Shown: in pieces, positions 1 through 10,574 of the stretch
How positions within the stretch are numbered: the stretch's first letter is position 1
Layout of the letters: every line of letters starts with the position of its first letter
Assembly (NCBI GenBank): GCA_963816155.1
Contig: CAWFJE010000009.1
Span: 118,478-182,477, forward strand
DNA from: an uncultured Actinomycetes bacterium
Lineage (GTDB): Bacteria; Actinomycetota; Thermoleophilia; RBG-16-64-13
Direction of reading: 5' to 3'
DNA: 64,000 bases
The notes under the pieces: generated by a model
Told to the model about the DNA's origin: nothing
The model's database searches: none
Seen by the model: only the letters and a program-made list of their open reading frames with translations
Program-made: the position numbers and the translations under genes

Positions 1-79
1 CGCGGCAGCGGACTGGGCTATCGACGCGGATGTTGGAGGCGCGAGCGCTCCATCGGCGAAGGCAGGGGCGCCGAGTGGC

Positions 80-1432
80 GTGAAACCGCTGGTGTGGGTG
101 GGGGTCGCCCTGTCCTTTGTCGCGGGAGTCGTCGTCGGAGTGACCCCGGGGACGGACGCGGTGGCTGTCGTTGCCGCAATGGTCGCCTTGACCATGCTCG
201 TAGTGGTCTTTTGGCGTCCGGAGGTGATGCTCCTTGCCATCGCCGCCTTCCCGTGGATCGACTGGGTGGCGCGCAATTCACTCGGTGCGTTGGGGCCGGC
301 CTGGGACGATGGGCTCCTCCTCCTCTCGGTCGTTCTCATCGTCTGGGCGGTGCTGGTCCTACGTCGGGCGGAGCTGTGGACCGTACCCATCCTGCTGCCG
401 GGGCTGCTGGCCTTCGCGGCGGCCATAGGTTCCATCGTGATGCGCGACGTCCCCGGAGATGTGGCCGTCTTCGCTCTACGGGTGCTGTTCCAGCCTCTCC
501 TCTTCTACTTCATAGGATTCCTTCTCCCCAAGAGCAGACGCTGGGTGCAGTGGACCGTGGCGCTCTTCCTACTGTCGAGCGTGGCCTTGGCCCTCCACGG
601 GCTCTTCCAGTACGTCACCGGCGCCCCGATGCCGGCAAGCTGGGTGGATGTGCGCGAGACCGGCATAGGCACGCGCGCCTACTCCGTGATCGAGAATCCC
701 AACGGTTTGGGGGCCTTCCTCCTCATAGGGACGCTCGTGTCTCTGAGCCTGGCCCTCGCTCCCCGTTTGCCCCGTGTGCAGCGCTTGATCATGGCCGCCG
801 TGTGCGCGGTGCAGCTTGCTGGGGTCGCCGTCACCTTCAGCCGCGGCGCGTGGCTGGGCCTGGGAGCCGGAGTGATCGCGCTGCTCATCCTCTCCTACCG
901 CCGCTACCTGGCGCCTCTCGCGGCGGCTGGGGTCCTGGTCTGGTTCGCGGCGCCCTCACAGTTCACCGATCGACTGGCCTTCGGCTTCAGTTCGGCCTAC
1001 ATCACCAAGAGCCTCGCCGCCGGCCGGCTGTACGTCTGGAAGCTCTCTCTGCAACATATCGCGGCGCATCCGGTGTTCGGTCTTGGTCTGGGTACGTTCG
1101 GCGGCACGGCGGCGGTGAGGTTCAGCTATGGACGGCTTTGGGTGGACAATTTCTATCTGCAGCTGGCGGCTGAGGGGGGACTGGTCCTCCTGGCGCTGTT
1201 CCTATGGGTTCTGCTCCGAGCGGCAAAGGGTCTGGTGAAGGCGCATGCGCAGAGTGCCGACCGCTTCCTGCAACCCTTGGCTGCCGGGGCGTTCGGTGCT
1301 TTCGTCGCGGTGGCGGTGGCTAACGCGACCGCCACCGTGTGGGAGACGCTCGTGGTCGGGGTCGCATTCTGGTTCATCACCGGGCTGGCGACGTCGGCCG
1401 TGCTTCACGCGGACGCGGAGAAAGAGACATGA
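80..1432 (+). CDS. O-antigen ligase/polymerase (Wzy_C) family membrane protein
   Basis: About 12 hydrophobic segments; motifs RAYSVIENPN, TFSRGAW, HPVFGLGLGTF and DNFYLQLAAEGGLV are typical of Wzy_C proteins. Confidence 0.85.
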   Translation: MKPLVWVGVALSFVAGVVVGVTPGTDAVAVVAAMVALTMLVVVFWRPEVMLLAIAAFPWIDWVARNSLGALGPAWDDGLLLLSVVLIVWAVLVLRRAELWTVPILLPGLLAFAAAIGSIVMRDVPGDVAVFALRVLFQPLLFYFIGFLLPKSRRWVQWTVALFLLSSVALALHGLFQYVTGAPMPASWVDVRETGIGTRAYSVIENPNGLGAFLLIGTLVSLSLALAPRLPRVQRLIMAAVCAVQLAGVAVTFSRGAWLGLGAGVIALLILSYRRYLAPLAAAGVLVWFAAPSQFTDRLAFGFSSAYITKSLAAGRLYVWKLSLQHIAAHPVFGLGLGTFGGTAAVRFSYGRLWVDNFYLQLAAEGGLVLLALFLWVLLRAAKGLVKAHAQSADRFLQPLAAGAFGAFVAVAVANATATVWETLVVGVAFWFITGLATSAVLHADAEKET

Positions 1433-2610
1433 GGCGACTGCGGATCCTCCATGTCATCGGCGGAGGTGATACCGGCGGCGCCATGACCCACCTCCTTCCG
1501 TTGCTCTCGGGTCTCCAGAGGTCGGGGTGCGATGTTCACCTCCTCTGCCTTGGCGCGGGGGGACTGGCGGAGAGGGCGCGACTGCGCGGGGTGCCGGTCA
1601 GGGTGGTGCCCATGAAGAACGCCTGGGACGCCGCCGTGCTTCCTTCTCTTCGCCGCACGCTGAGCGACGGTCCGTGGTCTGAGGGCGGCTCGGGCCGATG
1701 GGACGTGGTTCACACTCACGGCATGCGCGCCAACCTCCCCGTTCGGCTGGGATTGCCTCGGGGGCGGAGACGGCCATGCCTGCTTACCACCGTGCACTCG
1801 GACCTACTTCTCGACTACTCTTCCCCGCTGCTTGCCCGCGTGTACCAGGCGCTCGATCTGTCCACAGCACGACTTGTGGACACGATCATCTGCGTCTCCG
1901 ACAGTCTGCGCGCGCTGCTGGTAGAGAGGGGCTATCCACGCGATCGCCTGGTGAGGATCTGGTCGGGCATCGAGTGGCCGGCGGAGGGCGAGTCGAACAC
2001 CGGTAATACCGACGGGGGGGACGGGCGGACGGGGCGGATACCGCGCATCGGGACGGTCGCCCGGCTGGCGCCGGTGAAGGATCTTGGGCTGCTGCTGGAG
2101 GTGGTCGCCCGTCTACGCCGAACCATCCCCAGGCTGGAATGTCTCATCGCGGGCGACGGTCCGGAGCGGTCGCGTCTCGAGGACTTGGCGCGGCACCTGG
2201 GCTTGGCCGAGGCAGTGCGTTTCATCGGCCGTGTCGAGGATCCGGGCCCGTTTCTAGCCTCACTGGACGTCTTCGTAGTCACCTCCGTCTTTGAGGGCGG
2301 GGTCTCGATGTCGGTGCTGGAAGCCATGGCCACCGGGCTTCCGGTGCTGACCACGGCGGCGGGCGGGGTGGCTGAGGCGGTGAAGGACGGTGAGACGGGG
2401 TTCGTTGCGGCGCGTGACGGGGAGCGGAGCGCGCTCGCCGCCACGCTGACCGAGCGCGCTGAGACCCTGCTGGCCGACCACGATCTGCGGCAGCGCATGG
2501 GTGCGGCCGGCGCCGCCCGTGTGCGCGAGTGCTTCCTGGTGGAACGAACGGTCGCCAAGACTCTTCGGGCATACGAACGCTGCCTCGCGGGCCGCGGCGA
2601 ACTCACATAG
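1429..2610 (+). CDS. GT4 (GT-B) glycosyltransferase
   Basis: ATGA overlap with the upstream stop; RILHVIGGGDTGGA, VVHTH and EGGVSMSVLEAMATGLPV motifs. Confidence 0.9.
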   Translation: MRRLRILHVIGGGDTGGAMTHLLPLLSGLQRSGCDVHLLCLGAGGLAERARLRGVPVRVVPMKNAWDAAVLPSLRRTLSDGPWSEGGSGRWDVVHTHGMRANLPVRLGLPRGRRRPCLLTTVHSDLLLDYSSPLLARVYQALDLSTARLVDTIICVSDSLRALLVERGYPRDRLVRIWSGIEWPAEGESNTGNTDGGDGRTGRIPRIGTVARLAPVKDLGLLLEVVARLRRTIPRLECLIAGDGPERSRLEDLARHLGLAEAVRFIGRVEDPGPFLASLDVFVVTSVFEGGVSMSVLEAMATGLPVLTTAAGGVAEAVKDGETGFVAARDGERSALAATLTERAETLLADHDLRQRMGAAGAARVRECFLVERTVAKTLRAYERCLAGRGELT

Positions 2611-2620
2611 CGGGGTGCTC

Positions 2621-3841
2621 ATGTTGCGCGGTAAGGACATCGTCTGCATTTCCTCTCTCGATTGGGACGCTATGTGGACGAGCAAGCAGCAGATCATGCA
2701 CCGGCTCTCGCAGACCAACCGAGTGTTGTATGTGGAAGAGCCGGTCACCATGCTCGCTCCGTTCAAAGTGCCGGCCCGCTGGCGCCGCTGGCGCGCCGTC
2801 GCGCCCAGGCTCGACCGTGTGGACGCGGGCCTGTGGAAGCTCACTCCTCCGCCGGTGCTCCCTCTCGGGAACATGCGGCCTCGCATCAACGATGCCAACC
2901 AAGCCGTGCTGGCCAGGTACATCGGCTGGGCCAAAGGTCACATCGGGTTCGATCAGGATTTCATGCTCTGGACCTACCTACCCACGGCCCTTCCTTTGGT
3001 CGACCGTGTGCGCGGGTCGAACGCGGACGGGCGGGTCCGCCGGACCCCGTCTCTCGTGATCTATCATTGCGTGGACGAACACTCGGCCTTTCCGGGGCTC
3101 GTCGATCCGGAGGTGGTACGAGGCTACGATGACGCGCTCACCCGCCGCGCTGACCTGGTCATCACCACCTCCGAGAACCTCCGGGCCGCACGACTCCCTC
3201 TCAACCCTCACACCCACACGGTCCTCAATGCCGCCGACGTGGAGATCTTCAACCGCGCTTTGGATCCCGATCTTCCCGTGCCCCCCGATCTCGCGGCTAT
3301 CCCCGAGCCTCGTCTGGGCGTGGTCGGTCTCCACGATTCCCGCCTCGACGTCGATGCACTGGAGGCGTTGGCCCAAGCGGACCCGCGCTGGCAGGTGGTG
3401 CTGATCGGTCCTATCAAGCAGGGCCAGGTGGACGAGACCCGTCTGCGCCGCCATCCCAATATCCATCTATTGGGCGAGAAGCCCAGGCCGCAACTCCCCG
3501 CATATCTCAAAGGTATGGCCGCGGCCCTCGTGCCCTACAAGGCCAATGAACTCACTCGGAACATCTTCCCGCTCAAGCTCTTCGAGTATCTGGCTGCCGG
3601 TCTTCCCGTGGTCGCCGGAGGTCTGCCCGAATTGGCGCGTTTCGCCGGAGTCATCGGCCTGCCTGAGTCGGCCGCGGAGTACCCTCGTGAGGTGAGGCGG
3701 GCTCTGGAAGAAGACGGACCCGAGAAACGGGCCGCTCGTGTGGCCTTGGCGGCCGAGAACACCTGGGGCCATCGTGTGGAGCAGATCTCTGCCCTAGTAG
3801 AAGAGGCGCTTGGTCGCGTCGGACGGGAGTACGAGTCATGA
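2621..3841 (+). CDS. Glycosyltransferase, TuaH-like GT-B family
   Basis: W..KQQIM, VLYVE, YHCVDEH and FPLKLFEYLAAGLPVV motifs. Confidence 0.85.
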   Translation: MLRGKDIVCISSLDWDAMWTSKQQIMHRLSQTNRVLYVEEPVTMLAPFKVPARWRRWRAVAPRLDRVDAGLWKLTPPPVLPLGNMRPRINDANQAVLARYIGWAKGHIGFDQDFMLWTYLPTALPLVDRVRGSNADGRVRRTPSLVIYHCVDEHSAFPGLVDPEVVRGYDDALTRRADLVITTSENLRAARLPLNPHTHTVLNAADVEIFNRALDPDLPVPPDLAAIPEPRLGVVGLHDSRLDVDALEALAQADPRWQVVLIGPIKQGQVDETRLRRHPNIHLLGEKPRPQLPAYLKGMAAALVPYKANELTRNIFPLKLFEYLAAGLPVVAGGLPELARFAGVIGLPESAAEYPREVRRALEEDGPEKRAARVALAAENTWGHRVEQISALVEEALGRVGREYES

Positions 3842-5958
3842 GGATCCTGCTGCCCACCATGCGCGATCCGGGCCAGATCGGAGGCACGAGCACACATATC
3901 GCCATGCTCGCCCAAGGTCTTGTGGATATCGGTCATGAGGTGAAGGCCCTCTACCTCGGGGAGGGCATCCCGGAAGCTGCGCGCAAGGCCGGGCTCATCT
4001 GGCCGGCTGGGGCACTCAACCGAGTGCGCACCGGTTGGGGGATGGTGTATGCCGCCGAAGCCAGGGGTCGCCTATTGGCCGCCCGGACGGCGACGGAATG
4101 CGGCCGAGCCGTCGCCGATGGTATCCCCTGGGAGGTCCTCAACGCTCAGGAGGTCTATTCGGTCCCGTATCTACGCGACGTCGCGGACGAGTATGGCATC
4201 CCACTGGTGCTGACTCTGCACGGCTACCCGCTCTACGAGTCCGTCTCCGAAGGCTTCAGTGCAGCCTCGCGGATGGGTCTGAGCTACTTGATGCGGGCCG
4301 AGATGCGGGCTCTGCGTCTGGCCGACGCGGTGGTGACCGTTGACGGCCGACTGTATCGCCACGCTCTTGGCCTCGTACCTGAACGAGTCGGTTCGATATA
4401 CACGCTGATGAACTTCATCGACACCTCGACCTTCGCTCCCGCGGGCGGCCCGCTGCAGGAGGGCCGGCTGCGGCGTGAGTTGCGCGCGAAATGGGATGTG
4501 CCGGAAGACAAGGTGGTGCTGTTCTGCCCGCGCCGCTTGGTGAAGAAGAACGGGGTCGTCCTGCCTTCGCTCGCGCTGGCGGCCATGGCGTCCGCCGACC
4601 GTGGTCGTTTCCTGCTGCTCCACGCCGGGGATGGTGGCGAGCGCGAGGAGATGGAGCGGATCGTGAGGGAGAATGGGCTGGGCGATCAGGTACGCTTACT
4701 GGGCGGCCGAGGGCGAGACGAGATACTGGAACTCTATCGTCTGGCAGACATCGTTCTCGTCCCCTCCGTCCACTCCGAGAACGTCGAAGAAGCGACCTCG
4801 CTCTCGGCTCTGGAGGCTATGGCCTCGGGCCGTTCGCTGATCGCCGGAAACGTGGGCGGTCTCGCCGAGATGGTGGTCGATGGTGAGACCGGTCTGCTCG
4901 TGCCGGCGGACCCGCAGGCCCTGGCGGCGGCCATCCTGCGGCTGGCCGCCGCCCCCGACCTGGGGGTGCGCATGGCCTCGGCCGCGCGGGAGTACGTTGT
5001 CCGCAACCACTCCCACCTGCGTGCCGCGCTTGCTTACGCAGAGGTCTACCGGCGCGCTGCGGCAGGAACACGCGCAGCGACCGACTCAGGCGCCGACCCT
5101 CTTGCCGACGCCCGGCCGGGTGCCTTCCCAGAGCGGGCTTGGCAAGCGCTCTCGGTGTTGGGCTTCACGCTGGACGTCGTGTCGCTCGAACAAGCCGCGC
5201 AGTGGGCCGTCGGCGCGGCACGGATGAAGACGGCGCCGACCCGACTGGTCGTCTCCTTCAATCCTGAACTCATCATCAAGGCTCAGGCCGACCCGGCCGC
5301 GGCAGCCGCTCTCCTGGAGGCCGATCTCTGCCACCCGGATGGAGTCGGCGCGGTCTGGGCGGCGGGCCGGCAGGGAGGACGCCTCCGCGATCCTCGGGGC
5401 GGACCTCCGTTGGCCGTGGAGCGCGTGCCTGGAGTGGATCTCGCCGCCCGCGTGATCGAACTGGCCGCCGAACACGCGCTGTCGGTCTTCTTCTTGGGCG
5501 CCGCTCCCGGTGTGGCGGAGGAGGCGGCTCGCCGACAGGTGGAGCGCTGTCCGGGCCTGATTATTGCCGGGACTCATCACGGCTTCTTCTCGGCTGCCGA
5601 AGAGCTCGAGGTGGTGCGCGCCGTCCGGGAGTCGTGCACAGACGTTCTCCTGGTCGCCATGGGCGCACCGAGGCAGGAGATACTCCTGCAGCGCTATCGG
5701 GACCAATGGGGCGCCGGCGTGGGCCTGGGGGTCGGCGGCAGCTTCGATGTCTGGGCGGGGAGCGTCAAGCGGGCTCCGGTCTGGACTCAGAAGGCGAAGG
5801 TGGAGTGGCTCTACCGCCTGGCCGCAGACCCGCGCCGCGCGCGGCGACAAGTGGTTCTGCCCCGTTTTGTCGGACAGGTGGTCAGGTGGTCTCCCGACGA
5901 CTACGGACCGCCCCGGCGCGGTCGGGCGCGTGCGCGCGGCGAGGACGGCCGGGCTTGA
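3838..5958 (+). CDS. Fusion of GT4 glycosyltransferase and WecB/TagA/CpsF (GT26) N-acetylmannosaminyltransferase
   Basis: N-terminal GT-B domain (EEATSLSALEAMASG); C-terminal FNPE, PDGVG, ERVPGVDL, VAMGAPRQE, GVGGSFDV and EWLYRL TagA signature; one uninterrupted ORF. Confidence 0.88.
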   Translation: MRILLPTMRDPGQIGGTSTHIAMLAQGLVDIGHEVKALYLGEGIPEAARKAGLIWPAGALNRVRTGWGMVYAAEARGRLLAARTATECGRAVADGIPWEVLNAQEVYSVPYLRDVADEYGIPLVLTLHGYPLYESVSEGFSAASRMGLSYLMRAEMRALRLADAVVTVDGRLYRHALGLVPERVGSIYTLMNFIDTSTFAPAGGPLQEGRLRRELRAKWDVPEDKVVLFCPRRLVKKNGVVLPSLALAAMASADRGRFLLLHAGDGGEREEMERIVRENGLGDQVRLLGGRGRDEILELYRLADIVLVPSVHSENVEEATSLSALEAMASGRSLIAGNVGGLAEMVVDGETGLLVPADPQALAAAILRLAAAPDLGVRMASAAREYVVRNHSHLRAALAYAEVYRRAAAGTRAATDSGADPLADARPGAFPERAWQALSVLGFTLDVVSLEQAAQWAVGAARMKTAPTRLVVSFNPELIIKAQADPAAAAALLEADLCHPDGVGAVWAAGRQGGRLRDPRGGPPLAVERVPGVDLAARVIELAAEHALSVFFLGAAPGVAEEAARRQVERCPGLIIAGTHHGFFSAAEELEVVRAVRESCTDVLLVAMGAPRQEILLQRYRDQWGAGVGLGVGGSFDVWAGSVKRAPVWTQKAKVEWLYRLAADPRRARRQVVLPRFVGQVVRWSPDDYGPPRRGRARARGEDGRA

Positions 5959-7214
5959 GGTACCTCGTCAGCGGCTACTACGGCGAAGGCAATGCCGGGG
6001 ACGAGGCCATACTCGCCGGCATCATCCAGGAGATCGCTCGGCGAGACGTCGGCGCGCAGTTCACCGTGCTTTCCTTCGATCCCGCCGATACGGGTCGTCG
6101 CCACGGGGGCGGGCGCGTGTCGCTGGAGGTGGAATCGACGAGCCTGCGCTCACCCGCCCATCTGCGCGGTTTGATGAAGAAGTCCGATCTGCTCATCAGC
6201 GGTGGTGGCAGTTTTCTGCATGAAGCCGATTTTGCCCTGCACGGACGGTCTTTCCTGTTTCGCGAAGGAAGGCTCCGTCCCGTCCCCTATTTTCTGTCGA
6301 TAGTCTTCCTAGCCCGGGCCGCGGGGCTGCCGGTCATGTGGTATGCGCAGGGTCTCGGACCTCTGCACACGTCGTCGGCGCGGCGCCTGGTCGCCACCGC
6401 GGGCTCTTCCTCTCAGGCGGTCACATGGCGTGACGAGGCTTCGGCTCGTCTGGCCTACGAGATCGGGGTGAGAGCTCCGGTGCAGAGGGTGGTGCCCGAC
6501 CCGGCCTACGCTCTGGTCCCCGCGCGTCCCGAGGAGGCTAGACAGGTCCTGGCCCGACATGGATTGCTTCCTGGGGAGCGGTTTCTTGCCGTGTGCCCTC
6601 GTCCCTGGCTGGGGCGCGCCGGGTTCGTGGAGAGCCTGGGAGAAGCCCTGGAGAGAGTGGCGGAGGCCGGGGGGTTCAAGATCGTGCTGATGCCCTTCCA
6701 CGAGACTCAAGACCCACCTGTGTGCGAGTCCCTGGCGGCGCGGCCGGGCTTGGCCGGCCGCGCGATCTCCCTGCCACCCGTGGCGTCACCCGCGCTGCTC
6801 GCCGCCGTTCTCGGCCAAGCCGACCTCGTGTTGGCCATGCGCCTGCACAGCGGCATTCTGGCGGCGACCGCCGGCACTCCGGCGGTCGTCCTGGACTACG
6901 ACCCCAAGACGAGAGCCTTCGCCCGTCAGACCGGCCAGCTTTCGTGGGCCGTGCCCATCGATCGGTTGGAGGGTGCGACCCCGTCGGCCCAGGGCCCCGA
7001 CGCCCCCGGCTCGGACGCCCTCGAGTCTGTCGAAGCCGCCGGAACGCAGTCTCTGGTCGCGGCCGTGGAAGATTCTCTCGCCCATGTCGACGCTCGCCGG
7101 GCGGCATTGTCGCGTGCCGTCGCCCCTTTGCGCGCGGAAGCGGGTCGGACGGGGAGGCTGGCCGTCCAGCTTGCTTCCACGGGCAGCGTGTTCTCCCGCG
7201 GGACCCGGACGTGA
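5955..7214 (+). CDS. csaB: Polysaccharide pyruvyl transferase CsaB
   Basis: TTG start overlaps the upstream stop; SGYYGEGNAGDEAIL, LISGGGSFL, AQGLGPL, AMRLHSGI and YDPK motifs. Confidence 0.88.
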   Translation: MRYLVSGYYGEGNAGDEAILAGIIQEIARRDVGAQFTVLSFDPADTGRRHGGGRVSLEVESTSLRSPAHLRGLMKKSDLLISGGGSFLHEADFALHGRSFLFREGRLRPVPYFLSIVFLARAAGLPVMWYAQGLGPLHTSSARRLVATAGSSSQAVTWRDEASARLAYEIGVRAPVQRVVPDPAYALVPARPEEARQVLARHGLLPGERFLAVCPRPWLGRAGFVESLGEALERVAEAGGFKIVLMPFHETQDPPVCESLAARPGLAGRAISLPPVASPALLAAVLGQADLVLAMRLHSGILAATAGTPAVVLDYDPKTRAFARQTGQLSWAVPIDRLEGATPSAQGPDAPGSDALESVEAAGTQSLVAAVEDSLAHVDARRAALSRAVAPLRAEAGRTGRLAVQLASTGSVFSRGTRT

Positions 7215-8898
7215 CCGTCATCCCGCCTGAAGATCCCGTCGCCCGCAGTGCAGGGAACGTCGAGGATGGCGGAGGCGACCCAGTGGAGGCGCCCATATTC
7301 CCGCCCCCGTCGACGGGAGATGTGGGGAGCTCGGTGCGCGCGGTGGTGGGCAAGGCGGCTCTTGTCATCGTGTCCGCTACGCTGCTGGGCCGGGTCCTGG
7401 GCCTTGTCCGGGACGTGCTCGTGGCCTACTTCTTCGGCGCTCAGGCCGACACAGACGCCTTCTTCCTGGCCTATCGCATCCCCTACCTACTGACCTTGAT
7501 GGTAGCGGGAGCTCTCACCGCCACCTTCATACCCCTACTGACCTTCCGCCTGGCCACCGGTCGCCGGAAGGAGGCCTGGGACCTCTCGGTGAACGTGGGC
7601 AACGTCATCTGTGTGATCCTTATCGCGATCAGTGTCGTTCTCATCATCTTCGCCCCCTGGATCATCCCGCTGGTGGGCTTCGGCTTCGACGAGAGCACGG
7701 CCGACCAGGCAGTCTTCCTGTTCCGCATCCTGATGACAGGCTTCGTCTTCGAGGGACTCACCGGACTGCTCATCGGCATGCTGAATTCCCTCAAGCGCTT
7801 TGCTCTGGCCGCCTTCGCTCCGGCCGTCGGGACTGTGGTGGTCCTGATCATCATGGTGGGGTTCGCCGGCAGCCTGGGGATCACGTCTCTGGCCATAGGT
7901 AGCGTGGTGGGCTGGTTCGCCGGTCTCGTGGTGCTCTTTCCCGGTCTGCGCGGCCAAGGGATCAAGTATCGCCCTCGCATCAATTGGCAGGATCCGGGAC
8001 TGCGCGAGGTTGGTGCGATGGTCTGGCCAATACTCATCGGCTCAGCCGTGGGCAAGATCAGCATATTCGCCGACCAGGTGCTGGGCTCCACTCTCGAGGT
8101 CGGTTCCATCTCCTCCTTGAGCTATGCCGAGAAGCTGTTCCAGCTGCCGCTGGGACTGTTCGTGGCTGGGATCACCGTGCCCATCTTCCCCCTGCTCTCC
8201 GAGCAGGTGGCGTTGAAGGCGCCCGAGCGGGTGAAGGCGACGGTCAACTTCGCCATGCGCCTCATGGGCTTCCTCCTGATCCCGGTGACGGTGGGAATCA
8301 TCCTGCTCCGGTACCCGATTATCGGGCTGTTCTTCGAGCACGGCGAGTTCACTCGCCGCGGATACCACTCGCACGGCCTGGGCTCTGCTCTTCCTGTCCC
8401 TCGGTCTCTATTCGTACGCGGGTCGCGACACTCTCACCCGGGTCTTCTACGCCTACCACGACACGCGAACGCCCGTGAAGATAAGCATCGTGACGGTGGT
8501 TCCTCAACGTGGGTGTCTCCTACCTGCTCATGCAGTGGCTGGGAGTCGGCGGTCTGGCCCTCGGCACCACCATCGCCCTGTCCGTCAACTTCGTGGTGCT
8601 CACGTATCTGCTCAAGGTCCGGATCGGGTCGATGGGTTTCGACAAGATGTTCCGTTCTCTGGGAGTGGTCGCGGCGGTGTCGGCGGTCATGGGAGCGGTG
8701 ATGTGGGTGATCGACTACCTGCTCGCGCAGGCGCTGCCCGCTACCACGGAAGGCTTCGCCATCCGCCTCGTCGTGGGCTTCGTGGTCGGTGTAGTCGTCT
8801 TTCTGGCGGTAGCGCGACTTGTTAAAATGCCCGAACTTGCCGAAGTAACCGATATGTTGCGGACCGTCCTGAAGCGGAGATCGCGACAGGCCGGGTGA
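7211..8898 (+). CDS. murJ: MurJ/MviN-family (MOP) lipid-linked glycan flippase, with apparent frameshifts near 8355 and 8500
   Basis: GRVLGLVRD...FFGA..TDAFFLAYRIP and SLSYAEKLFQLPLGLF motifs; the C-terminus continues in other frames (LTRVFYAYHDTRTP; GLALGTTIA). Confidence 0.85.
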
Positions 8899-8985
8899 GG
8901 TCAGGAGGCTGCGCCCGGCTGCAAGTACGGTCGCCGGCCGGCAGGAGAAATCGTGCCGGCGGCGTAGGCAGAGAGGTGATTGCTT

Positions 8986-10574
8986 ATGGCCGCGACAGGA
9001 TCCAACCACAAGGAACGACGCCTGGCGCAGCCGCCGCGGAGGCTTCGCGCGCTTCTGGCGCGTTGCGGTAGGCTCCAAGGCCTCCTCGGGGCGGCGGTTG
9101 TGCTGGTTGTCGCACTATGCTTCATGGCGGGTCTTCCCCTGCTCCGCCCCTGCGGAAGCCGCCTCGCTGTCGGCGAGCGCGGCCGTCGACCCAAGTGCTC
9201 CCACGGTGCCCATCCTCTTTCCTCTGGAGCAAGCGCATCTCGTGGGTGGACACCTTTGGTGCTGCTCGCTCCGGTGGGCGTACGCACGCGGGCAACGACC
9301 TTATGGCGGCCAAGATGACTCCGTTGCTGGCAGTCGTCGACGGTACGATCGACTGGCTCAACCTCACCGGTAAGCTCTCCAGCTACAACAACCTTCCCTA
9401 CTACAACATCCTCCTGCGTGGTGACGACGGCAACGACTATTTCTACGTCCATATCAACAACGACACTCCCGGCACCGACGACGGCCAAGGCGGAGTGCAG
9501 TTCGCCTATGCCCCCGGGCTCAGCAATGGTCAGCACGTCAAGCGCGGCGACTTCATCGCCTACGTGGGCGATAGCGGCAACGCCGAAGACACGGCCCCCC
9601 ACCTCCACTTCGAGATCCACTTGGGCGGCTACGTCAGCGCGTCGGGCTCGCAGACGCGCTCCCCCAGCGCCATCGACCCCTACAACAGTCTGAAGGCCGC
9701 TCCCACGCTGGCCGAATGGACGGCGGCGGGCAAACCCCCGCTCACCACGCCTACCACCACACCCAAGCCGCCCGTGACCACCTCGACCACCACTACTCCG
9801 GCACCCACGACGACAACCACCACCGAGTCGACCACGAACTCGACCACCTTCCGGACCACGACCACCACCGTGCCCAAGTCCACCACCACCACTCTGGCGG
9901 GGACGAGCGTGCCCGGCTTCACCGACGTCCGCACCACCGACTGGTTCTACCGGGACTTCGCGCAGGCCGTTGCGGCGGAGATCGTCCTCCCCGATCCCGA
10001 TAGGCGCTTCCGGCCGTACTCGCCGGTGTCGCGGGCGCTATTCACTGCCTATCTGGTGCGCACCATGGCCCCTGACGAACTGGCCTCCTTGGGCGACACT
10101 CCTCTCGCCGGGGCCTCAGCAAGCGCTGCCGCCGTTGTCGATGCAGCGAACGACGGCGACGACAGCAGCTATGGTGAGGTCGGGGCTGTCTTTGCCGATG
10201 TCCCCGCTGCTCACTGGGCCTACGACGAGATCGAACTGGCCGCCCGCCTGGGCTTGGTGCGCGGGACGGGCGATGGGACGTCGTTCTCGCCCGACGCGCT
10301 CGTGACCCGGGCCCAGATGGCTACGATGCTGTGCCGGGCGCTGGGCGCCGAACCGGTCGAAGAACCGGGCGGCACGGCGTCTGCCTCCTTGTTCTACAAG
10401 GACATCTCGCTTGGTTACTGGGCGGAAGGGCCCATAGCGATGGTTCGCAACTACGGTCTCATGTGCGGCGACGCCCAGCTATGTTTCCGGCCGGTGGAGA
10501 ACACCAACCGGGCGCAGGCGATAACCGTCATGGCGAGGCTGCTGCGCCTGCTGCAAGGGGAGGCGGGCTCATAG
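8986..10574 (+). CDS. Secreted M23 metallo-endopeptidase with Thr-rich linker and three SLH domains (frameshift near 9140)
   Basis: HAGNDL and HLHFE zinc motifs; FTDV..DWFY, FADVPAAHWAY, VTRAQMA and TNRAQA SLH motifs; signal-peptide-like segment in an upstream frame. Confidence 0.85.
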
